Of a stretch of DNA of 64,000 nucleotides, positions 18,019 through 26,801 are shown piece by piece. The stretch lies in assembly GCA_044223505.1 (NCBI GenBank), contig JBGALX010000012.1, positions 26,174 to 90,173 of the forward strand, read 5' to 3'. Each line of letters opens with the position of its first letter. Position 1 is the stretch's first letter. The position numbers and the translations under genes are program-made. Under the pieces are notes generated by a model. It did not search any database. It worked only from the letters and a program-made list of their open reading frames with translations, and had not been told where the DNA came from. Source of the stretch: Myxococcaceae bacterium (GTDB taxonomy: Bacteria; Myxococcota; Myxococcia; Myxococcales; Myxococcaceae).

Positions 18019-20115
18019 TCACCGCCTCGGCAGCAACAGCCCCTCGAGGAAGAACGCCACCACCGCGGCCACGATGAGCCACGTCCAGATGGGCGCCTTC
18101 GACTCGGTGCTCGGGCCGCCCGCCTTCACCGCGTCGTCGCCGAAGAGGCCCTTCAGTTCCTCCGGCTTCAGGCGCGTGAGGTCGCTCTCGGCCGCGTCGG
18201 TCGCCACCGCGAACGACAGCGACGGCACCACCACGCCTTCGGCTCGCGCCACGTAAGCTCCTGGCGCCGGCAGCGGCCCCGCAGCGAGCGTGCCGTCGGG
18301 CTGCTTCGTGAGCTTGAGCTCGATGCCCTCGGGCCCGCCGAGCTCGACCTCGCTCACCGGCAGCTGCGTCTGCAGCACTGCCGTCTCTCCGACGAGCACC
18401 TTCAGCTCATCGCGCTCCTCGAGCGCGCCCGCGAGCCACGCGGCGATGCGCTGCATCAGCGGCAAGAACGACGTGCGAATCGAGAAGTCGCTCCAGTCGC
18501 GATCGACCGTCGACGTGAAGAGCAGCACCTGCCCGCGCCCGACCCGCCGCGCCACCAGCGCCGGAGCGCCGTCGTCGAGCGTGCCCAGCACCTGCCCGCC
18601 CTCGGCGCCCGGCTCGAGCAGCATGTACCGCGAGAACCGCGCGCTCATCAGGCCCTCGCGCGCGCGCCCCGTGAACGGCGCCAGCACCGGGTGCTCGGCC
18701 GCCACCTGCGACAGCCGCGCCGAGCGCGCGCTGACGTCGCTCGCCCCCGGCTCGACCGCCGTCTTGAAGAGCTTCAGCCGCCGCGGCAGCACCGCGCCCA
18801 TCGACAGGTTCCACGCGTCGGGGTCGACGCGGTCGCCCATCGAGATGAACAGGCCGTGCCCGCTCTCGACGTACGCCTTGAGCCGCGCCGCCACGTCGGG
18901 CCGCGGCGCCTCGACGTTGAGCAAGAGGACCACGTCGTACTGCGAGAAGTCTTCGCGGAACGCGGCGTCGGTGTCTCGCACCACCGACCGCACCGGCGAG
19001 CCGGTCGCCTGCAGCGCCGCCTCGACGAAGAACGCCTCGTCGCGGAACTTCTGCGGCGACGGAGCCCCGTTCACCACCAGCGCCGTCAGCTCCCGCGGCA
19101 CCGGCAGCACGACCGTGCGCACGTCGTCTTCCGTCAGCGCATCGGGAGCGAGCACGCCCTCGACCACCGCCACCGGCCCGCCCGAGAACCGGTGCGTCAG
19201 CGACTTCTGCCCCGTGCCGTGCGCCGGCAGGTCGAAGAAGCCCTTCGCCACCACGCGCCCGTCGACCTTGAGCTGCAGCTCGACGTCCTTCATCGCCTCG
19301 TCCGAGAAGTTGCGCGCCGTGAACGTGAACTGAAACGCCTTCGGGTCCACCTGCGGAGCCGGCTCGGCCTTCACGTCGAGCAGCGCCCGGTTCGGCAGCT
19401 CGGTCAGGCCCGACGCGACGTCGCGCAGCACGACCTCGGGTCGAATGCGCTCGCCCTTCGGCCCCGCCACCGTCGGCAGCGGCGCCTCGGTGCGCAGCGA
19501 CGTCGCGGCGAAGTCGCTCACCAGCACGATTCGCTTGGCCGGCAGCGGGCTGTCTTCGAGCGCGCGCGCCGCGAGCTCGAGGCAGCGGCTCGCGTCGGCA
19601 GACTCGTAGTTGGGCTGGGCGTCGTCGAGCGCCTGCAGCATTCGCGCGCGGTCGAACGACAGCGGCGCCGGCGGCTGCGGAGCGGCTCCGCACACCAGCA
19701 CCGTCGCGGGCTCTTCCGGCATCAGGTCGCGGGCCGCGGCCTTCGCCTCGGCCTTGCCGCGCTCGAACAGCGTCTGCGCCTGCAGCCCGCGGCTGTCGCG
19801 CCAGCGCATCGACAGCGAGTCGTCGAGCACGATGACGGTCGCCATGGGCCCGAGGCCCGCGGTGACGGTGCCCGCCTTGGTGAGCTCGGGCCGCGCGAGG
19901 GCGATGGGCACCGCGAGCAAGATGAGCGTGCGCAGGGTGTAGAGCAGCAGCCGGCGCAGGCGCAGGCGCGACGCCGTGCGCTTCTGCGACTTGAGCACGA
20001 ACGAGATGGCGCCGAACGGGTGAGGCCGCGGCCGTCGCCGGTCGAAGAGGTGCACGAGCAGGGGGATGAGGGCACCCAGGCACCCCCAGAGCAGCAGCGG
20101 GTGCGCGAACGTCAC
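18019..20115 (-). CDS. BatA-like N-terminal double-TM (TIGR02226) / vWA-like aerotolerance-type protein
   Basis: GTG start gives VTFAHPLLLWGCLGALIPLLVHLFDRRRP, the classic BatA/TIGR02226 N-terminus. LDDSLSM is vWA-like. A C-terminal TM is present. Start overlaps the DUF58 stop (GTGA). Confidence 0.65.
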   Translation of the reverse strand: MTFAHPLLLWGCLGALIPLLVHLFDRRRPRPHPFGAISFVLKSQKRTASRLRLRRLLLYTLRTLILLAVPIALARPELTKAGTVTAGLGPMATVIVLDDSLSMRWRDSRGLQAQTLFERGKAEAKAAARDLMPEEPATVLVCGAAPQPPAPLSFDRARMLQALDDAQPNYESADASRCLELAARALEDSPLPAKRIVLVSDFAATSLRTEAPLPTVAGPKGERIRPEVVLRDVASGLTELPNRALLDVKAEPAPQVDPKAFQFTFTARNFSDEAMKDVELQLKVDGRVVAKGFFDLPAHGTGQKSLTHRFSGGPVAVVEGVLAPDALTEDDVRTVVLPVPRELTALVVNGAPSPQKFRDEAFFVEAALQATGSPVRSVVRDTDAAFREDFSQYDVVLLLNVEAPRPDVAARLKAYVESGHGLFISMGDRVDPDAWNLSMGAVLPRRLKLFKTAVEPGASDVSARSARLSQVAAEHPVLAPFTGRAREGLMSARFSRYMLLEPGAEGGQVLGTLDDGAPALVARRVGRGQVLLFTSTVDRDWSDFSIRTSFLPLMQRIAAWLAGALEERDELKVLVGETAVLQTQLPVSEVELGGPEGIELKLTKQPDGTLAAGPLPAPGAYVARAEGVVVPSLSFAVATDAAESDLTRLKPEELKGLFGDDAVKAGGPSTESKAPIWTWLIVAAVVAFFLEGLLLPRR

Positions 20116-20990
20116 CGCCCCTGCCTCCGCGCCAGAAACCGCAGCAGCACCGAGTCGAGCGGCTCGTCGGTGCGCACGCGCTCGTAGTCGACGTCGGCGG
20201 CCATGCACGTCGCCTTCGTCTCGGCGAGGAAGCGGTTGAACTCTTCGAGGTAGCTCTCGCGAATCTCGCGCGGGTTCACCTCGAGGCGGCGGTCGTCCTC
20301 CATCGAGAGGAACAGCGTCGGGTCTTCGAACGGGAACTCGAGCTCGAGCGGGTCGACGAGCTGGAAGACGGCGAGGTCGTGGCGGCGCGCCTTCAGCGCG
20401 AGCAGCCGCTTGAGCGCGTCGGCGCGGTCGTCGAAGAAGTCCGAGAACACGCAGATGAACGCCCGGCGCGGAATCTTCTCGGCCAGGTGGTCGGCCGCCG
20501 CCGCCAGGTTGGTCGTGCCGTAGGGCCCCAGCTCGTCGAGCGCCTCGAGCACGACGTTCAGGTGCGACGCGTTCGCGCGCGGCGGCACGTCGTGCAGCCC
20601 GTCGCCCGCGAACACCGTGAGGCCGGTCGCGTCTTGCTGCCGCACGAGCAGGTACGAGAGCGCCCCGGCGAGCGTGCGCGCCACGTCGAGCTTCGTCAGC
20701 GGGCCCGAGCCGTAGGCCATGCTGCCCGAGCCGTCGACCACCATCACCGCGCGCAGGTTCGTCTCGTGCTCGAAGCGCTTCACGTAGTAGCGGTCGAACT
20801 TGCCGAACGCCTTCCAGTCGAGGTGGCGCAGCTCGTCGCCCGGCGCGTACTCCTTGTGCTCGGCGAACTCGACGCTCTGACCCTGGTGCGGCGACTTGTG
20901 CAGGCCCGAGAGCACCCCCTCGACCACGGCCCGCGCGCGGAGCTTCACGCCCGAGATGCGGGACAGGGTAGCGGCGTCGAGAACGCTCAT
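20112..20990 (-). CDS. DUF58 domain protein (MoxR-associated)
   Basis: VEFAEHKEYAPGDELRHLDWKA is the DUF58 signature. vWA-like D..S.S motif at VVDGSGSM. Confidence 0.75.
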   Translation of the reverse strand: MSVLDAATLSRISGVKLRARAVVEGVLSGLHKSPHQGQSVEFAEHKEYAPGDELRHLDWKAFGKFDRYYVKRFEHETNLRAVMVVDGSGSMAYGSGPLTKLDVARTLAGALSYLLVRQQDATGLTVFAGDGLHDVPPRANASHLNVVLEALDELGPYGTTNLAAAADHLAEKIPRRAFICVFSDFFDDRADALKRLLALKARRHDLAVFQLVDPLELEFPFEDPTLFLSMEDDRRLEVNPREIRESYLEEFNRFLAETKATCMAADVDYERVRTDEPLDSVLLRFLARRQGR

Positions 20991-21051
20991 CGAAGGGTGC
21001 TACGCAACATAAGCAGCCTTTGTTCCCCGCGCTAAACTCTCCGTTCAGACC

Positions 21052-21999
21052 GTGAGTGGCAAGCCGCCCGACCCCAAGCAGAAGCCGAAGACCGGCCTCA
21101 AGCCGGCGCTGCCTCCGAAGCCCAAGCCCGCCTCGGGGCCGGCCGCGACCCTGTCGGACTTCGACGACGAGGCGACGGCGAACAAGCGCATCCCCTCGCT
21201 GAGCGAGATTCGGCGAATCACGGGCTCGATTCCCACGGCGCGCAGCACGGCGCCGCTCGTGCCGGTCGCGAAGGCGCCCGCGCCGGCCCCGGCTCCGGCT
21301 CCGGCTCCGGCGGCGTCGAGCGGGGTGCTCACGCAGCGGCCGAACGTGCTGCAGCGCCACCTGCACCACTCGGGCTTCGACGACGACGAGCGCACCGAGA
21401 CATCGGCCATCATGGGGCACGCCAAGGGCCTCACGCTGGACGAAGACGAAGACGAGTCGCAGGTGAGCCAGGTGTACGACGGCATTCACCCGCCGCCCGC
21501 GCTCGCCGCGATGGACACGTGGAAGGCGACGATTCCTCCCGCGCAGAGCATGTTCGGCCGCCGCAGCAAGCGCAGCCTGCTGAACGTCATCGCCCAGTTC
21601 GCCGCCGGTCACAACCCGCGCTACGCCCCCGACGCGAAGGGCAACTCGCGCGCGCACATCTTCGTGTGGGACGTCAGCCGCGCGATGGGGTGCGAGATTC
21701 CGCACTTCCTCGCCGGTCGCGAGCTGACCCTCGCGCAGACCGTCGACTGGATGAAGATGACCAGCCACACGCGCGGCTGGCGCAAGCTCATGCTCGAGAA
21801 CGCCCTGAAAGAGATCGAGCAGGGCAACCTCGCCATCGTCGTCCCGAAGGACCCCAAGCGAAAGACCATCGGCGTCATGCGCCCGCGCGCGAGCGACGGC
21901 GGCCTGCGCGTCGCCGCCGCCGTGGCGCAGAAGGGCAACGACACCACCGTGCGCGAGGCCCTCGGCACCGACGACATCGAGGTCTACGTTCACGACTGA
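21052..21999 (+). CDS. Hypothetical protein (Pro/Lys-rich N-terminus)
   Basis: 315-aa ORF with coherent composition. Its 3' end lies inside the 69-bp tandem repeat. Confidence 0.5.
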   Translation: MSGKPPDPKQKPKTGLKPALPPKPKPASGPAATLSDFDDEATANKRIPSLSEIRRITGSIPTARSTAPLVPVAKAPAPAPAPAPAPAASSGVLTQRPNVLQRHLHHSGFDDDERTETSAIMGHAKGLTLDEDEDESQVSQVYDGIHPPPALAAMDTWKATIPPAQSMFGRRSKRSLLNVIAQFAAGHNPRYAPDAKGNSRAHIFVWDVSRAMGCEIPHFLAGRELTLAQTVDWMKMTSHTRGWRKLMLENALKEIEQGNLAIVVPKDPKRKTIGVMRPRASDGGLRVAAAVAQKGNDTTVREALGTDDIEVYVHD

Positions 22000-22140
22000 C
22001 GCCGCGCTCGGCGCATCCGAGCGCACGCGCGTCGACGAGCGCACCCACGACATCGAGGTCTACGTTCACCAGTGACGCCGCGCTCGCCGCGATTGAGCGC
22101 ACGCGCGTCGACGAGCGCACCCACGACCTCGAGGTCTACG
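21965..22140. repeat. 69-bp tandem repeat, ~2.5 copies, spanning a stop codon
   Basis: gacatcgaggtctacgttcac[gac/cag]tgacgccgcgctcg...gagcgcacgcgcgtcgacgagcgcacccac repeats at 21970, 22039 and (partially) 22108. Confidence 0.8.
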
Positions 22141-22156
22141 TTCACCACCGAGGCGT

Positions 22157-23263
22157 GTGCTACGGCGCCTCCCCGTGTTCTGCGTCACCGCGCTCTTGCT
22201 CGCTGCGACGCCCGCCGCACAGGTGGCGCCCGACGCCCGCTGCTCCCGCGCCCTCGGCGATGCCCTGCGCCGCAGCCGCGCCGTCGAGCTCGTCGCCACC
22301 GCCCCCGAGCTGCTCGTCGACCTCCGCGACGCCGGGCCCCGCTTGACCCTCGAGCTCCGCCGTCCGACCGGCGAGCGCCTGCTCGAGCGCTCCCTCGACG
22401 CCAACCCCGAGTGCCGCGACGTCGCCTTCGCCGCCGTCCTGATCATCGAGCGCTTCCTGCGCGGCATCGACCTCCAGGCCGTCCCCGACGCAGGTGTTCC
22501 TGCTCCCATCGCTCGTCGGCCTCCTCCTCGACCGCCTCCGCCTCTCTTCGACGCCGGGGTTCCTGAAGAGGTCCCGCCCGAGCCCGACGAGACCTTCGAC
22601 GCCGGCCCCCCTCACCCTGTCCCTCTCCCCTACGAGGGGAGAGGGGACGCGGGGTTCGACGCTGGGGAAGCTGAGGCGCCCCGTCGCCCCATCGCCGTCG
22701 CTTCGTTCGACGCCGGGCCTCCCCCGCCCTCGGGCCCCCGCCTCACCCGTGTCGAGCTCGGCGCCTCGGGCGGCGTCGACTTCTCTTCCGCCGCGCACGG
22801 CCTCTTCGCCGTCGAGCTCACCGGCTTCGCGGGGCCCGCACGCGTCGATGTTCAGGCGCAGCTCTCGACGCCCGAGTCGTCGCCCGTCGTCATCGCTTCC
22901 ACCGAGCGCGGCCGCGTCGAGACCCTCGCGCTCGCCGCCCTCGCCGGCGGCGGAGCCTGCTTCACCGGCGCCGTTCGACTGTGCGCAGCCGCCCACGCCG
23001 GTGCCCGCTTCTTTCGCGGCACGACCTCGGGCGACTTCGTCTTCCAGAGCACGACCGTCTGGCTCGTGCGACCCACCTTCGGCCTCGAGGCCCAGCTCGC
23101 CTGGCTGCCGCTGCGCGCGCTCGTGCTGTGGCTCTCTGCGGGCGGGCTCGTGAACCCCATCGCCGCCGAGTTCACCGTCGAAGGCGCTCCGGCGGCGACG
23201 CGCAGGTCCCCGACTTTCGAGGGGCAATTGCGCATCGGGGTGGGGTGGGGGGTCGACCGGTGA
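22157..23263 (+). CDS. Secreted hypothetical protein with DAG-rich linker
   Basis: Signal peptide MLRRLPVFCVTALLLAATPAAQVA. One palindromic element copy lies in-frame (PHPVPLPYEGRGD). Confidence 0.5.
   Translation: MLRRLPVFCVTALLLAATPAAQVAPDARCSRALGDALRRSRAVELVATAPELLVDLRDAGPRLTLELRRPTGERLLERSLDANPECRDVAFAAVLIIERFLRGIDLQAVPDAGVPAPIARRPPPRPPPPLFDAGVPEEVPPEPDETFDAGPPHPVPLPYEGRGDAGFDAGEAEAPRRPIAVASFDAGPPPPSGPRLTRVELGASGGVDFSSAAHGLFAVELTGFAGPARVDVQAQLSTPESSPVVIASTERGRVETLALAALAGGGACFTGAVRLCAAAHAGARFFRGTTSGDFVFQSTTVWLVRPTFGLEAQLAWLPLRALVLWLSAGGLVNPIAAEFTVEGAPAATRRSPTFEGQLRIGVGWGVDR
22608..22648 (-). repeat. Palindromic element copy 5
   Basis: cccctcaccctgtccctctcccctacgaggggagaggggac. Confidence 0.85.
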
Positions 23264-23309
23264 AGTTTTTCTGAACGCGCTGGGCCCTCGAGGGCATTCA
23301 GCACAGCCG

Positions 23310-23891
23310 ATGCTCGCCGAGTCCGCCAGCCCGCCCGCAGAGGCCCCGACGAGTGAAGACGTCGAGGTCGTCGCGTCGTGCCTCGAGGGCGACCGCGCGG
23401 CCTGGCGCCGGCTCTACGACGCCCACTTCGACTTCGCGTACCGCACCGCCCGCCGACTCGGAGCGCCCGACGGCGAGGTCGAAGACGTCGTTCACGAGGC
23501 GTTCGAGATCGCGTTCGCGCGGCTCGACCGGTTCGACCACGGCCAGTTCTCGACATGGCTGTACCGCATCGTCGCGAACGTCGTCACCGCCCGGCTGCGC
23601 CGGTGGAAGGTGCGGCGCGTGCTCGACGCGTGGTGGGGCAGCAAGACCGAGCGCGAGGCGCCCTCGCTCGAGAGCACCATCGCCGCGCGCGAGCAGCTCG
23701 AGCAGGTGGCCGACGTGCTGCGCTCGCTGTCGGCCGAGAAGCGCGAGGTGTTCGCGCTGCACGAGATTGAAGGGCTGACGCACGAGCAGATCGCCGAGCT
23801 GACGGGAGCGAAGGTCGCGACCGTGCGCACCCGGCTCCACTACGCGAAGCGCGACTTCGAGCAGCTGGCGAAGAAACGAGGTCTGTCATGA
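23310..23891 (+). CDS. ECF-family RNA polymerase sigma factor (sigma-70 region 2/4)
   Basis: Region 2 motifs (FDFAYRTARRL, VHEAFE, WLYRIVANV) and a region 4 HTH (LTHEQIAELTGAKVATVRTRLHYAKR). Confidence 0.85.
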   Translation: MLAESASPPAEAPTSEDVEVVASCLEGDRAAWRRLYDAHFDFAYRTARRLGAPDGEVEDVVHEAFEIAFARLDRFDHGQFSTWLYRIVANVVTARLRRWKVRRVLDAWWGSKTEREAPSLESTIAAREQLEQVADVLRSLSAEKREVFALHEIEGLTHEQIAELTGAKVATVRTRLHYAKRDFEQLAKKRGLS

Positions 23892-24772
23892 CGCAAGAGC
23901 TGCTCCGAGGGTTCAAGGAGGCCTCCGCGCTGCCACCGCCCGGTGCCCGCGAGCGCGTGTGGCGCCGGCTCGACTCGCCGCGGCGCCCCGCCGCCGCGCT
24001 CCCCTGGCTCGCGCTCGCCGGCGCCGCCGCGGCCGCCGTCATCGCGTTCGTCACGCTCACGCCGCGCGCCGCGCCTCCGCTCGTGCCGATGTACGGCGAG
24101 GGCTACGTGGTGCTCGCGCCGGCCGGCGCGCTGACGCGGTCGGGCGACGCGCTCGTGCTCCGCCACGGCACCGCGTTCGTCTCGGCCTGGGGAGGCCGCG
24201 TCGAGCTCGTGTGGGGCCGGCGGCGCGTCAGCACCGACGCGGCCGTGTTCGCTGCGAGCGTCGCCTCCGACGTCTCGCTCGCCGTGCAGAGCGGGGCCGT
24301 GCTCGCCGACGGCGAGCGCGTCGAGGCGTCGCCGCGCGCCACGGCCGTCGACTTCGCGCCGCTGCGCGCGCTCGAGCCGAAGGAGGCGGAGCAGGAGCGC
24401 GCCTGGGTGCTCGCCGAGAACGCCGCCGCCGAGGGCCGCATCGCCGAGGCCATCGAGCGCTTCGCCGCGCTGTCGGCGTACAGCTCGCTGCGCGCCGAGG
24501 CGGCGCTGCTTCGCAAGGCCCAGCTCGAGCTGTGGAGCCTGCACGCCCCGGCCGATGCGCTGCGCACGCTCGCCGCCGCGGCCGAGCGGTTCCCCGCCGG
24601 CGCCCTGCAGCAGGAGCGCGCGTTCTCGGAGCTCGAGGCCTACGTCGAGCAGAAGGCGTGGCGCGCGGCGGCCGAGCGGGCCGCGAGCTTCCTGACGGCG
24701 TGGCCCCAGAGCGAGCGGCGGGCCGAGGTCGAGCAGGTCGCGGCGGTCGCCGCAACTTCGATTGAACGGTGA
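23888..24772 (+). CDS. Putative anti-sigma factor (single TM)
   Basis: ATGA overlap with the sigma factor gene. A short cytoplasmic N-terminus, then a TM helix (ALPWLALAGAAAAAVIAFV) and an Ala-rich periplasmic region. Confidence 0.55.
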   Translation: MTQELLRGFKEASALPPPGARERVWRRLDSPRRPAAALPWLALAGAAAAAVIAFVTLTPRAAPPLVPMYGEGYVVLAPAGALTRSGDALVLRHGTAFVSAWGGRVELVWGRRRVSTDAAVFAASVASDVSLAVQSGAVLADGERVEASPRATAVDFAPLRALEPKEAEQERAWVLAENAAAEGRIAEAIERFAALSAYSSLRAEAALLRKAQLELWSLHAPADALRTLAAAAERFPAGALQQERAFSELEAYVEQKAWRAAAERAASFLTAWPQSERRAEVEQVAAVAATSIER

Positions 24773-24852
24773 TGAGGGCCCGGGACATTCAGCTGCCGAA
24801 AGACGCTGGAGCCGAAGGCCGGGCGCTTCAGGAACAAGACTTTGGAGACGAC

Positions 24853-25839
24853 ATGAACCGCTTCTCTCGACCGGGTTGGTCCATCGCGCTGCTGGCGACC
24901 GGCGCCGCCCTCGCCCTCGCCGCCGGCTGTCAGCCTGCGGTCGTCGGCTCTCGCTTCGTGAAGTCCGAGAAGGTCGGCGCGTCGGGCACGACCATCGCGG
25001 TGAGCGACACCGAGAGCCAGGCGCTGAAGGGCGCGAGCCTCGAGGTCGGCGCCGGAGCGCTCGCCGCCGACACCACGCTCACGCTCGAGGTCGGGGTCGC
25101 CGACGTGGTGCCCTCGGCGGCCGCCGCCGGCCCCGTCGCGGTCTGGGAGCCCTCGGGCCTCAAGTTCCTCAAGCCCGTGAAGATGACGCTGCCGCTGAAG
25201 CTGCAGCCGGGGCAGAGCGACGCCGACCTCGCCATCATGGTGGTCGAGGGCGACGGCAAGCGCCTGCGCATCGCGCGAAGCGACCTCGAGCTCGACGCGA
25301 CGCGCACGAAGGTGAGCTTCTTCGTGAACGGCTTCACCAGCTTCCAGCCGACGAGCGGCGCGACCTGCAACACCGACTCCGACTGCGCGATGGGTGAGAC
25401 GTGCCAGAGCAACGTGTGCCGCGCGGCAGGTGGAACGGGCGGCGGCAGCGGCGGCACGGCGGGCGGCGCCAGCGGCACGGCCGGAGGCTCGGCGGGCACC
25501 GCGGGCGGCACCGGCGGCACCGCGGGCGGAGCGGGAAGCCAGTGCGTGACCGACCGCGACTGCAACCCGAGCATCGGCGAGCGCTGCGTGAACGGCTACT
25601 GCGCCGGCGGCGGCACGGCCGGGGGCTCGGGCGGCACCGCGGGCGGCAGCAGCGGCACGGCGGGCGGCAGCGGCGGCACCGCGGGTGGCTCCACCGGTAC
25701 TGCGGGCGGCAGCGCGGGCTGCGGCACGTGCCCGACGGGCGAGGTCTGCTGGAGCGGCTCGTGCACCGTGATTCCGTGCAACGCCGTGCGGCCCTGCCCT
25801 TCGCCGTACACCTGCAACGCGATGGACCTCTGCGAGTAG
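24853..25839 (+). CDS. Cys-rich lipoprotein with (GGTAGG)n linkers
   Basis: Lipobox ALALAAGC. Three Cys-rich modules (CNTDSDCAMGETCQSNVC-like) are separated by GGTAGGS repeats. Confidence 0.6.
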   Translation: MNRFSRPGWSIALLATGAALALAAGCQPAVVGSRFVKSEKVGASGTTIAVSDTESQALKGASLEVGAGALAADTTLTLEVGVADVVPSAAAAGPVAVWEPSGLKFLKPVKMTLPLKLQPGQSDADLAIMVVEGDGKRLRIARSDLELDATRTKVSFFVNGFTSFQPTSGATCNTDSDCAMGETCQSNVCRAAGGTGGGSGGTAGGASGTAGGSAGTAGGTGGTAGGAGSQCVTDRDCNPSIGERCVNGYCAGGGTAGGSGGTAGGSSGTAGGSGGTAGGSTGTAGGSAGCGTCPTGEVCWSGSCTVIPCNAVRPCPSPYTCNAMDLCE

Positions 25840-25842
25840 TCG

Positions 25843-26706
25843 TCAGCCCAGTCGCTGCGACAGCGCGTGCAAGAGCGGCCTCGGCGAGATGTTGCCGAGG
25901 CCGCTGCATTGCGGGTCGCCGGTCTCGATGACGATCCACCCGCCGTCTTCGCACTGCCCCACGTCGACCGCGAGCCACGGAACGCCGGTGCGCCGATGCG
26001 TCTCTCGCACCAGCGCGTGAATCGCCGCGCGGTCGCCTTCGCTCGGCGCGCCGAACGGGTCGCCGAACGGCCAGTAGTAGCCCGACGCCAGCGGCTCGCC
26101 GTTCAGCGCGAACAGCCGGTACTCGCGCGCGATGGGGAAGCCCTCGTACGTCGCGCCGCTGCGCTTCAACGGAGCGAGGCGCCGCAGCATCACGCGGTCG
26201 CGCGACTGCCACTTCAGCGCGAGCAGCTTCTTCGTCAGCGCCTCGGCTTCCTCCGCCGTCTCCGCGACGCACGACTTCCAGCCGTACCACTTCCGCGAGA
26301 ACACGCTGCCCTTCACGAACACCGGCAGCCCGAGCTCGGTGGCCGCGGCCGCCGCCTGGGCCGCGTCGGTGACGACGCGCGTGTCGGGCGTCAGCCCCAC
26401 GAGCTTGCCGACGACGCGGTCGAGCTCGAGCGCGTCGAGGTGCTGCTCCGGCGAGTTCAGCAGCGTCACGCCGAGCGCCAGCGCCGCGTCGTAGAACGCG
26501 CGGTAGTGCTCGGCGGTGCAGAGCGTGCCGTAGCGCACGCCGCGCTGCGGAGGTCCCGCCTCGAGCCCCCGAATCAGCGGACCCTCGGCCGCGCGCTCGC
26601 TCGCGACGTGCACGACGCGCAGACCTTCGGCGACCGCACACTCGGTGAGGCCGTCGATGTCGGCGTCGGTGTCCCGGCCGGGCACTGACTCGGAGAAGAT
26701 GATCAT
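25843..26706 (-). CDS. ATP-grasp domain protein
   Basis: ATP-grasp_4-like fold; stretches such as LGLPVFVKGSVFSRK and EYRLFALNGEPLASGYYWPFG are typical. Confidence 0.6.
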   Translation of the reverse strand: MIIFSESVPGRDTDADIDGLTECAVAEGLRVVHVASERAAEGPLIRGLEAGPPQRGVRYGTLCTAEHYRAFYDAALALGVTLLNSPEQHLDALELDRVVGKLVGLTPDTRVVTDAAQAAAAATELGLPVFVKGSVFSRKWYGWKSCVAETAEEAEALTKKLLALKWQSRDRVMLRRLAPLKRSGATYEGFPIAREYRLFALNGEPLASGYYWPFGDPFGAPSEGDRAAIHALVRETHRRTGVPWLAVDVGQCEDGGWIVIETGDPQCSGLGNISPRPLLHALSQRLG

Positions 26707-26739
26707 GCGGGCCTCGCGCTGAGACTACTCGCGCTGTCG

Positions 26740-26780
26740 CCCCTCACCCTGTCCCTCTCCCCTACGAGGGGAGAGGGGAC
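26740..26780 (-). repeat. Palindromic element copy 6 (intergenic)
   Basis: Identical to copy 5; lies between the ATP-grasp gene and the repeat-protein gene. Confidence 0.85.
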
Positions 26781-26801
26781 GCGTTGACCTGGCTGGGCCG
26801 A

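Noticed and set aside
23264-23309. Possible autoregulated ECF promoter upstream of the sigma factor gene
   Set aside because: TGAAC is present, but no convincing GGAAC-N16/17-CGTC spacing, so I cannot support a call.
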